Below, piece after piece: positions 43,373 to 52,700 of a stretch of 64,000 nt of DNA. Under the pieces are notes generated by a model, which worked only from the letters and a program-made list of their open reading frames with translations, did no database searches and was not told the DNA's origin. Location of the stretch: the NCBI GenBank assembly GCA_963805945.1, contig CAWDVP010000002.1, positions 480,001 through 544,000 on the forward strand, written 5' to 3'. Origin of the DNA: Vulcanimicrobiota bacterium. GTDB taxonomy: Bacteria > Vulcanimicrobiota > Vulcanimicrobiia > Eremiobacterales > Eremiobacteraceae. Position 1 is the stretch's first letter. Every line of letters starts with the position of its first letter. A program made the position numbers and the translations under genes.

Positions 43373-45535
43373 TCAGGGCGCCGGATCCGGTGGAGCCAGC
43401 ACCAGCAGTTCTCGCGCACCAGCTTCGAGCACCCGACGCGCGAATGTGGGACCGCGGGGCCAGCGCGGCGTCGCGCGCGCGCCTTCGACGGCGATCAACG
43501 CGTTGCGCTCGCGCGCGAGCGGCACGATGGCTTTGGCGGCATCGGCCGCGCTCGCGTAGACCCAGCGTGCCTGCACCGCTTCCGCGGCGGCCTTGAGCTC
43601 GGCCAACACCTCGGGCGGGGTCACGCGCCCTTTCTGCTGGATATGCACGACCGAATACTCCGCGTCGAAACGCGAGCACAGCTTGGCGCCCCGATAGATG
43701 AGCTTCACGTCGCGCTCGCGCGGCCCGACGCCGAGCATGAATGCGGTGACCGGCGGCGGCGGCGGTTCGAGCGTGCTCGTGCGCACCGTCTCGCGCAGCG
43801 CGAGCTCGCGCAGCGCGGCGAGATTCTCGGTGCGGAAGAAATTCGACAACGACGCCTCGACTCGGCTCGTCGGGTAGATGAGGCCGGCGCGCAGGCGCTC
43901 GCGCAGGATCTCGGGCGAGACGTCGATCAAGATGAGGTCGTCCGCCATCCCGAGGATCCAATCGGGTAGCGTCTCGCGCACCGTGACGCCGGTGAGACGC
44001 GTCACCGAGTCGCCGAGCCCCTCGAGATGCTGGACGTTGAGGGTGGAGAGCACCGAGATGCCGGCGGCTTGGATCGCGAAGACATCCATGTAGCGTTTCG
44101 TCGATGCGCTGCCCGGCGCGTTCGTATGCGCTAGCTCGTCGACGAGCACCACCTGCGGATGGCGCGCGATGATCGCATCGCGGTCCATCTCTTCGTAGGT
44201 GATGCCGCCGGAGACGCTGATCTTGCGCGGCACGACTTCGAGCCCCTCGAGTTTGCGCGCGGTCTCCGCGCGGTTGTGCGTCTCCACGTAGCCGACGACC
44301 ACGTCGACGCCCGCCTCTTTGAGCTGATGACCGCGATCGAGCATCGCGTAGGTCTTGCCGCTCCCGGCGGCCGAGCCGAGATAGATGGTGAATCTGCCGT
44401 AGGCGCTGCGCAGCTTGTTCTCGCCGGGCGCGCCGGCCGCCGCCTCGCTCGCCGTCGCGCCGGCCGCCGCACCGCTCGGCGTTGCGCTCGCCACCAATAT
44501 ATCGCGGTCGACGCCGCGGCTCAGCAGCGTGCGCGCCAGATCGCCGGGGGGTATTGCGATGAGCGCCCCAGAGAGCGACTCGACGTGCGGCGCCGACCCG
44601 CCGCCGGCGGGCCAAGCAACGCTCTTGGCACCGACCTTCGCTGCTGCGGCTTCGCACGTGTCGCGATCCATGTCCGGCTCGCACGCGACCTCGACGAGCA
44701 GGTCGAACACGGATGCGATCGACGCGACGCGCTTCAGATATGCGTTCGCATCGACGCCTTTGGTGAGCAGCGCGACGACGGTCGACACTTGGGTCGGCGC
44801 GACTTCCGGTATGGTGAAATCGTCGACCAGACGCAACATGAGCTCGCGCATCGCGGTGAGCGAGGCGAGCCGGAACGGCCCGGCGAGGGCGCGGTCGATA
44901 TCTTCCGGCCGCACGATCTTGCCTTCGCGCAGGCGGGCTTGCAATTGCTCCGGCGACACGTCGACGGCGACGAGCTGGTCGACGTGCTTGATGAACGACA
45001 TGGGCACGATCTCGCGGACAGGGAAGCCGATGATGCGCTCCGCCGTCGGCGCGACTGATTCCACGTGCTGTACGTTGACCGCGCCGAGCACGCCGATGCC
45101 GTCCTTGACCAGCGCGGCCGCGTCCTGCCAGCGCTTCGCATGGCGCGAGCCCGGCAGATTCGCGTGCGCAAGCTCGTCCAGCACGACGATGTCGGGCTTC
45201 GCCGCAAGCGCCGCGCCGTAGTCGAACTCTTCAAAGGTCGAGCCGGCCAGCGTCACCTCGCGTGGCGCGATGCGCGGCAAGCTGGCGGCGAGCTCCTCTA
45301 GATCAGGCCTGCCCTTGGTCTCAAGCGCGCCGATGTACACGCGCCGGCCGGTCTTGCGCAGCGCCAAGGCGTCCTCGACCATGCGGCGGGTCTTGCCGGC
45401 ACCTGGCGCGATGCCGAGGTACACGCGCAGGCGCGGGCCGAGGCTGATGTCGGAGAGCAACGCATCGGCGGCTTTGGTGCGGGAGTCAGTCGCATCCACA
45501 GCGTTGCACGTTCGCCTAGTCCGCTGCACGCCCAT
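43373..45535 (-). CDS. Soluble protein with two tandem KdpD N-terminal sensor domains and USP-like regions; no TM or kinase domain
   Basis: YLGIAPGAGKT...LDELAHAN...KRWQD and YLGSAAGSGKTY...VDELAHTN...KRYMD; NVQH occurs twice. Confidence 0.9.
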   Translation of the reverse strand: MGVQRTRRTCNAVDATDSRTKAADALLSDISLGPRLRVYLGIAPGAGKTRRMVEDALALRKTGRRVYIGALETKGRPDLEELAASLPRIAPREVTLAGSTFEEFDYGAALAAKPDIVVLDELAHANLPGSRHAKRWQDAAALVKDGIGVLGAVNVQHVESVAPTAERIIGFPVREIVPMSFIKHVDQLVAVDVSPEQLQARLREGKIVRPEDIDRALAGPFRLASLTAMRELMLRLVDDFTIPEVAPTQVSTVVALLTKGVDANAYLKRVASIASVFDLLVEVACEPDMDRDTCEAAAAKVGAKSVAWPAGGGSAPHVESLSGALIAIPPGDLARTLLSRGVDRDILVASATPSGAAAGATASEAAAGAPGENKLRSAYGRFTIYLGSAAGSGKTYAMLDRGHQLKEAGVDVVVGYVETHNRAETARKLEGLEVVPRKISVSGGITYEEMDRDAIIARHPQVVLVDELAHTNAPGSASTKRYMDVFAIQAAGISVLSTLNVQHLEGLGDSVTRLTGVTVRETLPDWILGMADDLILIDVSPEILRERLRAGLIYPTSRVEASLSNFFRTENLAALRELALRETVRTSTLEPPPPPVTAFMLGVGPRERDVKLIYRGAKLCSRFDAEYSVVHIQQKGRVTPPEVLAELKAAAEAVQARWVYASAADAAKAIVPLARERNALIAVEGARATPRWPRGPTFARRVLEAGARELLVLAPPDPAP

Positions 45536-45560
45536 TCACGGGCGCATGGAAGCCGCGACC

Positions 45561-46127
45561 CTAGCAACCAGCGGCGCAGCTGATTACGCCCATCAAGGCG
45601 GCGCTTATAGCGGCGACAAGAAGCCCGGATACGAAGACGGCGAGGAAATACAGCGTCCTTGACTTGATTGCTATATGGAAAAGCATCCAGCTGATCAAGG
45701 TGGTCACCACAGCGCATGGCGCAAGAATTGCGAGCGCTATTGACAGGACACCACCCATTAGGCCGAGGCTTCCGCTAAAGGCCTCCGTGTTGGTCGTAAC
45801 CGCAAGGCCTATGGGTAGAGCTATGAGTGCAGCTAATACGGCTCTCTTCGCATCCGCGATTCCCGCGAACGCTGTTCTTCCGATGAACAGAAGTGAGGCT
45901 ATTGTGGCGACAAAGATCCACAACACCAGAATCGTGAATATAGTCGCGTCACGCTCATAGTGGATGCCAAACGAGGGCATCACGAGACCCAGGACCGCTG
46001 CAGTCCCATTTTGCGTCAGTGCGAACAAGAGGATTGATAACCACTGACCTCGGCTAAGATTGCGAAAACCAAACGGATCAGTTGGTCGGCCAGCGCCTTG
46101 TTGTTGCATCTTTTTGTCTACCGACAT
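45561..46127 (-). CDS. Putative multi-TM immunity protein for orphan tip 2
   Basis: About 5 hydrophobic helices, low GC, overlaps the tip stop. Confidence 0.65.
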   Translation of the reverse strand: MSVDKKMQQQGAGRPTDPFGFRNLSRGQWLSILLFALTQNGTAAVLGLVMPSFGIHYERDATIFTILVLWIFVATIASLLFIGRTAFAGIADAKRAVLAALIALPIGLAVTTNTEAFSGSLGLMGGVLSIALAILAPCAVVTTLISWMLFHIAIKSRTLYFLAVFVSGLLVAAISAALMGVISCAAGC

Positions 46128-46990
46128 TCACAAGCTGAACTAGGAAGCCGAGGAAGAGAAGTAGATTGTCGGCGTGGCCCGGGTGCGAAGAATTCTGGAG
46201 GAACCGGCCGATCCGTGCCCGGCTTCCAGTGAGGCAGCGCAGAAGCTACGTCGCTTCCGTTGAGGCCCACATAATATGCAAGCCCCGTAACGAAGCCACC
46301 GCTGTTGCGAGCTATTTCTGACGGTATCTCAGCGAGGTACGAGGAGAGGTCGAGAACGGGAAGGCCCGCGTATGGCTCAACGCCGTTCGGATAGTTGGCT
46401 ACCGCTTTGCGAAGCGCAAGGTCCAAAGCTTGGTCTCCCCCAACCCGCTTGGAGTCTACTGGTGCTAGGTCTAGCCAAGGTTGATCCAAGTCGGCATTAG
46501 GTACGAAGTCAAGAGTCCACGTTGGGCCATGACGGATAACCTCACCGCTGATAGTTTGGACCGAAGCGAAACACGGGCCTCGATAATCCTTTCCAAATCT
46601 CTTGATAACATCGAATGGATCGAGAATGAAAAAGATGTGGCGAGCCGTAAAAGGCGCGAAAACACCTCTGAGTAGGCTTACCCTGTGGCCCCCGACATAT
46701 GTGGTTAGCCCTGTGGGATCAGCCAGGTTGGCTGGACCGTCGCCTCCATACTCGTAGACTCCCAGGCCTCCATTCAGCCCAACCGGGTCAGCTTCCGAAT
46801 ACCTACCCCATCCCGGCCGATACCAGCGGAAGTTGTTATAGCTTCGCTCGGTCAGCCCGTTAGCGCCAGTGTCGAATTGCTCTGCCACCTGCCCCGGTAG
46901 CCGCAGCGGCTGATGTACGTCGCCGCCCGCAGCGCCCACACCTTGCCGTACGGCTCGGTCTCCATCCTCCAATACACGTTTGCGGACAAA
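46118..46990 (-). pseudogene. Orphan Rhs core end plus toxin tip 2 (one frameshift near 46925)
   Basis: DVHQPLRLPGQVAEQFDTG, YNNFRWY, DPTGL, then a unique tip. Confidence 0.88.
46961..46990 (-). other. Putative recombination site 3 (orphan 2), inverted relative to site 1
   Basis: Minus strand tttgtccgcaaa-CGTGTA-ttggaggatgga. Confidence 0.55.
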
Positions 46991-47046
46991 CCCGCCCGCA
47001 GCAGTGTGGCCGAAGATATCACCTCAGATCAGTGCAATCGTTCTCT

Positions 47047-47424
47047 TCATTGGGTTATCGAGCTCTTGACAACGATCCATTTGCGCGAATCAATCACATA
47101 CGCGTGACTACCACCAAATACGACTCTTGCTGAGGGCGCGTCCTTGTAGCGAACCACGACCTCAAATGTCGTCGGTCCCTCATAGATCCGAAAGGAGATC
47201 CGCTTTACATCGATGTCCGCGGCTGACTTCTTCTCCTCCTCAAGAAAACGCGAATATGCTATCTCAAGAGCTCTTAGCTCACTCCCCGACAGTGCGATCG
47301 GATTAAGCCTATTGGTCGGTTCGATTGATGAATGGGTATACGTTGAAACCTCGCTCGGGGAGCAAGCAGAAAGCATCGCCAATACCACGAGCGTTACCAA
47401 GAGAACGGCTCTTCCTATCGTCAT
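47047..47424 (-). CDS. Putative lipoprotein immunity protein for orphan tip 3
   Basis: Hydrophobic leader with lipobox LSAC; directly downstream of the tip. Confidence 0.72.
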   Translation of the reverse strand: MTIGRAVLLVTLVVLAMLSACSPSEVSTYTHSSIEPTNRLNPIALSGSELRALEIAYSRFLEEEKKSAADIDVKRISFRIYEGPTTFEVVVRYKDAPSARVVFGGSHAYVIDSRKWIVVKSSITQ

Positions 47425-47436
47425 CGCATCCTCTAA

Positions 47437-48339
47437 CTAAGGGCATCCGCAATGAAGAAGAGATGGAGAATAGTTTTTGGCGTTCCACCACGATCGACGC
47501 GAATCCATAAACTGTCCCCACGACATGTTTGCGTCATCCATTTGATCTGCTAGCCCAGGGATTTGTGGGTCAACCGGCAACCACGGAGGGCCAATCCAGT
47601 TCCGCAACTTGAACCTTCCGGCCCGTGCTAACTGAACCAATATGTTGTGGCTTGCAGAAAAGGCATTCCTCTCCTCTAGAGTTGTAGGCTCCCCGTTCAC
47701 GACGTGACTGGAAGAGAAATACGAATTGCTGTACGCTTTCCATTGTGCGAAGCACCGGGAGTGATGGTAAGCGTGGTAGAATTCGTGTGCCAACTCGGAA
47801 TATATTAGTTCGTTCCCCCGGTTACCAAACTGTGTTCTTATGCCTAGCTCGCTTTCTGTACCACCAAACACCTGGACATCAGCGTTGAACTCTCCGTCGT
47901 CAAGACCGAGGTCGTCCAAATGATAGAGCTCGGGCGCGTTCAGAACCTGATTGTAGTACATGCTGAAAATCGGACTGTCTTGCAGCAACAGATTAATATA
48001 GGGCTGCAGCGAGGTCGGAGTGCCGCCATCAAATCGAAGCCCGAGCGAGTCGCTGCGCATCGAGGGATTGCCGCCTGCGAATTCGTAGGCATTTAGTCCT
48101 CCCGTTATTCCAATCGGATCTTCCTGCGAGTATATCCCCCAGCCGGGCCGGTACCAACGGAAGTTGTTGTAGCTACGCTCCGTCGCGCCGTTGGCACCTG
48201 TGTCGAATTGCTCGGCCACCTGACCCGGCAATCGCAGCGGCTGGTGCACGTCCCCCGCCCGAAGCGCCCACACCTTGCCGTAAGGTTCGTTCTCTATCCT
48301 ATAATACACGTTTGAGGACATAGACGTCCCGAAAGACAT
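47437..48339 (-). CDS. Orphan Rhs core end plus an HExxH metallopeptidase-like toxin tip 3 (intact frame)
   Basis: NVYYRIENEPYG...YNNFRWY...DSLGL; ELAHEFYHAY...EERNA. Confidence 0.85.
   Translation of the reverse strand: MSFGTSMSSNVYYRIENEPYGKVWALRAGDVHQPLRLPGQVAEQFDTGANGATERSYNNFRWYRPGWGIYSQEDPIGITGGLNAYEFAGGNPSMRSDSLGLRFDGGTPTSLQPYINLLLQDSPIFSMYYNQVLNAPELYHLDDLGLDDGEFNADVQVFGGTESELGIRTQFGNRGNELIYSELAHEFYHAYHHSRCFAQWKAYSNSYFSSSHVVNGEPTTLEERNAFSASHNILVQLARAGRFKLRNWIGPPWLPVDPQIPGLADQMDDANMSWGQFMDSRRSWWNAKNYSPSLLHCGCP
48293..48322 (-). other. Putative recombination site 4 (orphan 3), inverted relative to site 1
   Basis: Minus strand tatgtcctcaaa-CGTGTA-ttataggataga; Rhs homology begins here. 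Confidence 0.6.
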
Positions 48340-49193
48340 TACCGCGTGCCGAAGTGGTACGTGATGAGATAGTCGAGCGGAATCGCCGCCCCATCGAACT
48401 GCGGTTCGCTGTAGACCGTCTGCCGGCCGGCCGCAAGGGCGGCATCATCCAAAACGGGATAGCCCGACGAGTGCACGACCCGCGCGCCGTAGATCGCGCC
48501 GTGCGCGCCCACCGTGACCGCGATGACTGTGACGCCTTTGTGCCCGAGTTGCGCTTGGTCTCCTGGATATGAAGCGGCGGCGCTATGAAGCACTTGCGCC
48601 TCGGTGACCGGGCGCAGATAGAGCAGGTCGCTGCCTGAGATCGCGCTATCGTCGAACGAGCTCTGCGGGCTGGTCGGCGCCTGCGTGACGATGCGGACCG
48701 GCGACGCGCACGTGAGCAGCACGTCCTTCACGCCGTGCACGATCACCTGATGGACGCTGATGCCTTGGGCGCCTACCGCCCGCGGCACCGCCACGACATA
48801 ATGCACGAGCGTCTCACTGCCCCCCGCAGGACCGATGACCGGCGTCAACACGTTATCCTCGAGTCCCGGGATCCTCAGCGTCGCCGACACCGGGTTCGTG
48901 CCCTCGAGCAGCAGCGCGATCGCGAAGCGATCAACGTGCCCAGTCGAGCCGTGGCCGACCAGGGCGAACGCGGGAGCGTGCAGTGGGCATGGATCGACCA
49001 AAGGCGTGGGCGACGTGCTGGGACGTCGCGTGGGTGCGCTGGTCGGAAGGACCAACGGCACTCGCGGCGTCGGTGCCGGGGTCGGCGGCGGTGACGTCGG
49101 GTCTCCGGCGGCCTTCGTCGCCCAGAGAAACACGATGAAGAGAAAGGCGCCCCACAGCCGCAAACCCGAGCTTCGCTCGGGCACTACATTCAC
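48339..49193 (-). CDS. Exported protein with a C-terminal TonB domain
   Basis: YPGDQAQLGHKGVTVIAVTV...VVHSSGYPVLDDAALAA; N-terminal hydrophobic stretch and Pro linker. Confidence 0.8.
   Translation of the reverse strand: MNVVPERSSGLRLWGAFLFIVFLWATKAAGDPTSPPPTPAPTPRVPLVLPTSAPTRRPSTSPTPLVDPCPLHAPAFALVGHGSTGHVDRFAIALLLEGTNPVSATLRIPGLEDNVLTPVIGPAGGSETLVHYVVAVPRAVGAQGISVHQVIVHGVKDVLLTCASPVRIVTQAPTSPQSSFDDSAISGSDLLYLRPVTEAQVLHSAAASYPGDQAQLGHKGVTVIAVTVGAHGAIYGARVVHSSGYPVLDDAALAAGRQTVYSEPQFDGAAIPLDYLITYHFGTR
49165..49188 (-). repeat. Family-B REP palindrome
   Basis: Reverse strand tGTAG-tgcccgagc-gaa-gctcggg. Confidence 0.75.
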
Positions 49194-50053
49194 GCCGTCG
49201 TGTTCGTGTTATGCAGCAGCAATACCCCGGCCATCGGGCCGCTGCGCCGTTGCGCCTCCGCGCGCCACATGCCGGGATTGAAGAACCGGAACAGCCCCGC
49301 CAGCGGGAACTCCCGCTTGAAGCGCTGACCCTCGATGATGCCGGCGCGGTATTCGCCGATGCTCCAGCCGTGTGCGGCGAAGAACGCCGCAGCGTCCTCC
49401 GGCGCGAACTTGAACGTCGCCCCGCCGGCGTCAACGTTCTTGCCCCAGGCCCGTTTCATCATCTTGAGCACGAACGGTGAGGCGATGTCGGTGAGCCAAT
49501 GCTTAATGCTGGGTTGAGCGGCGAGGTCGTCGGCCAGCGCGGCCACATCGGCAGCCCCCAGATAAAGGAGCAGCCCTTCGCTGATGACGAGCACGCGGCG
49601 ATTGTCCGCGGCGACGCGCGCGAACAGCTGGCGACGCGCAGCGCCATCAGCGAGATCGAGGGGAATGCGTTCGAGCCGGCAACGCGGCGTCTGGTCGCGC
49701 AGCACCTGGGCTTTGTAATCGAGCGACACGGCGAAATCCACGTCGATCCACTTCAGTTGCGCGGGCAGCGCGAGCCGATATGGCCGCGCGTCGAGCCCGG
49801 CCGCGAGATTGAGGACCGCATCGACCTCGGGCGCGAGCCGCAGCACGATCTCGTCCATGACCGCGGTGCGTACCACCATCGGCCAGCCGTACTCGCGCGC
49901 GCGCGGCATCTCGTCGACGATGCTGCGCCCCTTCTCACCGGCGAGCGCGCGCGCATACGGGTCGTTGAAGATCGCGTCCGGGCGCTCGGACTCGAGGGCG
50001 CGGTAGTAAGCGACCCAATAAGCGGTATCCTGAACCGACACAGCCCGCCGCAT
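49190..50053 (-). CDS. SAM-dependent methyltransferase (LCM/YktD-like)
   Basis: RALESERPDAIFNDPYA, NLAAGLDARPYRL, ISEGLLLYL. Confidence 0.9.
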   Translation of the reverse strand: MRRAVSVQDTAYWVAYYRALESERPDAIFNDPYARALAGEKGRSIVDEMPRAREYGWPMVVRTAVMDEIVLRLAPEVDAVLNLAAGLDARPYRLALPAQLKWIDVDFAVSLDYKAQVLRDQTPRCRLERIPLDLADGAARRQLFARVAADNRRVLVISEGLLLYLGAADVAALADDLAAQPSIKHWLTDIASPFVLKMMKRAWGKNVDAGGATFKFAPEDAAAFFAAHGWSIGEYRAGIIEGQRFKREFPLAGLFRFFNPGMWRAEAQRRSGPMAGVLLLHNTNTTA

Positions 50054-50064
50054 CCTCTTCGCGC

Positions 50065-51132
50065 CTACTCTTCGGCGAGCGCTGCTTCGAACAGCAGGTT
50101 GCGCGAGGGATCGTCGAGACTATAGTGCACCAGCTCGGCTTCCGTGCGCGACTCGGCGGGCAGCGCCCAGTGGCGGACCGGTTGACCAGTCTTGTCGATG
50201 AAGCTCGCCGCGATGCCGAGCGGCGTTGCGCTGCGCACGAGGCGCAGCGCCGCTTTGGAATGCGAGTGGTAGAGGACCACCGATTCGATGCGGCCGCTGC
50301 CCGCCTCATCCGTCTTGCGCGGCACGATGCGCGTGTGGCCGCGCAGCGCCGGCATGCGGTTGATCGCCCAGCCCGCGAACAGCGACGCGCGCGCGCTGTG
50401 CGGCGTCGGGTCCGCATCCGCGGTCTGATAGAAGATCTCGCAGCGATCGGTTGTGCTCAGCGCGGCGGTGACCGCCGGATCGTCGAAGCATGCCGCCACG
50501 GCTTGGCGCCACGGCAAGATGCGCTTCCAATTGAGATCGGCCACCGCGACGTGCCCCTCGCGCTTCGCCGCCAGCCGGCGCACTGTGTCGAGGCTCGCGC
50601 TCGTGTCGCCGAAGCGCTGCGAGTCGACGATGATCTTGTCGGCAAACGGCGCGACGAGTTTGAACAGCGCGTTGCCGAACGGCGATGGCCCGCGCCACCA
50701 CAGATACACCGGCATGTCGGCCGCCAGCAACCCGTACACGGCGGACGCCGCGCGCTCCGGCGTGCGCGGGTTGGTGCGTAAGAAGACCTCTTCGCTGCAC
50801 GTCGGCGCGCCGCGGCTCGAGAGCGCGCAGCCGGCCAAGATGTACGACTCGACCTCCTCGCGCTCCATCGAATCGTCGTCGACGACGGTGATCGCGCGGA
50901 CCGGATGCGCCGCGGCGAGTTGCCCGATGATGGCCGACACCACCGGCGCGGCGGCGAGCTCGTCGGCGAAGGTGATGAGATTGAGACTGCTCGAGCGCGA
51001 GCCCGCGCCCGGATAATCGCGCATGATCGCGCGCCAGCGATTCGCCAGCGCTGTTGATACGTCGGCGACCGCGACCGCCTCGAGCCCCGCCGTCCACGGG
51101 CCGCCCGGGGCGCCGTTCGTTCCGGCCGTCAT
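50065..51132 (-). CDS. opcA: Glucose-6-phosphate dehydrogenase assembly protein OpcA
   Basis: HPVRAI, CSEEV, DMPVYLWW, IIVDS, DLNWKRILPWR; directly after zwf. Confidence 0.88.
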   Translation of the reverse strand: MTAGTNGAPGGPWTAGLEAVAVADVSTALANRWRAIMRDYPGAGSRSSSLNLITFADELAAAPVVSAIIGQLAAAHPVRAITVVDDDSMEREEVESYILAGCALSSRGAPTCSEEVFLRTNPRTPERAASAVYGLLAADMPVYLWWRGPSPFGNALFKLVAPFADKIIVDSQRFGDTSASLDTVRRLAAKREGHVAVADLNWKRILPWRQAVAACFDDPAVTAALSTTDRCEIFYQTADADPTPHSARASLFAGWAINRMPALRGHTRIVPRKTDEAGSGRIESVVLYHSHSKAALRLVRSATPLGIAASFIDKTGQPVRHWALPAESRTEAELVHYSLDDPSRNLLFEAALAEE

Positions 51133-52678
51133 GGCAACCGCCACCTGCGGCCGTCGCGGCGGACGAGCTCCTCGGCCTCCTTGGGCCCCCACGTGCCCGA
51201 GTCATAGTCGGGGAACTTGATCGAGTGGTCCGACGACCACACCGAGAGCAGCGGATCCATGAGCGCCCACGCGCCTTCCACGCCGTCTGCGCGGTCGAAG
51301 AGCGTCTGATCGCCCTTCATGCAATCGAGGATCAGCCGCTCGTATGGCGAGGCGTCTTCAGCGCCGAAGGTCGCGCCGTAGGCGAAGTCCATCGCGACTG
51401 CCGGATCTTCATGCTCGGCCCGGGCACCTTGGCGCTGAACTTGAGCGTGATGCCCTCGTCCGGTTGGATGTGCATCGAGAGCACGTCGCCCTCGACGACC
51501 TCGAGCCCGGCGCGTCGGAACGGCAGGTGCGGCGCGTGCTGGAAAGCGACGGCGATCTCGGTGACGCGCTTGGGCAGCGCTTGCCGGAGCGCACGTAGAA
51601 CGGCACGCCGGCCCAGCGCCAGTTGTCGACGAGCAGTCGCATCGCGGCGAAGGTCGGCGTGATCGAGTCGGGCGCCACCTTCGGCTCCTCGCGGTAGCCC
51701 GGCACCGGCTCGCCCTGCGACGATGCCGGGGCCGTACTGTCCGCGCACGGTCGCACGCGCCTCTTTGAGATCGATCGGCCGGATCGCTTCGATCACGCGG
51801 ATCTTCTCATCGCGGAAGTCGCTCGCGTCGAACGTCGTCGGCGGCTCCATGGCGACGAGCGAGAGCAGCTGCAGCATGTGGTTCTGCATGATGTCGCGGA
51901 CGACGCCGGTCTCTTCGTAGAAGTTGCCGCGCCCTTCGATGCCGATGCTCTCGGCGACCGTGATCTGCACGTGGTCGACGTAGCTGCGGTTCCAGACCGG
52001 CTCGAAGATGCCGTTGGCGAAGCGGAACACGAGGATGTTCTGCACCGTCTCCTTGCCGAGATAGTGGTCGATGCGGTAGATCTGGTCCTCGTCGCAGATA
52101 CGTCGAGCAGCTCTGCGTTGAGCGCCTTGGCGCTGACGCGAGATCGCGCCCGAACGGCTTCTCGACGATGACGCGCACCGAGCTGCCGCTGGTCCATGCG
52201 GATTCTCGACGAGCCCGGCGTAGTGCCAGCTGTTGCACGATGATACCGGCACAGGCTGGCCGGCGTGGCGAAGTAGAAGATGCGGTTGCCGGCGGTGCCG
52301 TAATTCGCATCGTCGAGCTCTCGAGCAGCGCACGCAGTTGCGCGAAGGCCGCGGGGTCGTGAAGTCGCCCGAGAGGTAGACGACGCGCTCGCACGAGCTT
52401 CGCAGAGCTCGGCATCGCGTGCCGCGGATCCTCGCTCGACTCGGCCACCGCATCCTGTGAGGCCTGCGGAAGTCGTCGTCCGATAGTCTTGCGCGCGAAT
52501 CCGACGACGGAAAAGTCCTACGGAGCGAGATTCGCCTGCACGAGGTTGTAGATCGCGGGCAGCAGCTTGCGCACGGTGAGGTCGCCCGAAGCGCCGAAGA
52601 TGCAGAGCTGTACGGGATGCGTCGCGCGCTCCTCGCGAGCCCCTCGCGGAACGGGTTGGCGGGTCGCGTGACGGCCAA
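51129..52678 (-). CDS. zwf: Glucose-6-phosphate 1-dehydrogenase, many frameshifts
   Basis: [39 protein letters not shown]. Confidence 0.93.
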
Positions 52679-52700
52679 CGCTTTGCTTGGGGTCGCCGAC

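Noticed and set aside
28200..48400. Integrase or recombinase gene for the Rhs locus
   Set aside because: No tyrosine (R-H-x-x-R-Y) or serine recombinase motifs seen in any ORF; an enzyme, if there is one, must act in trans.
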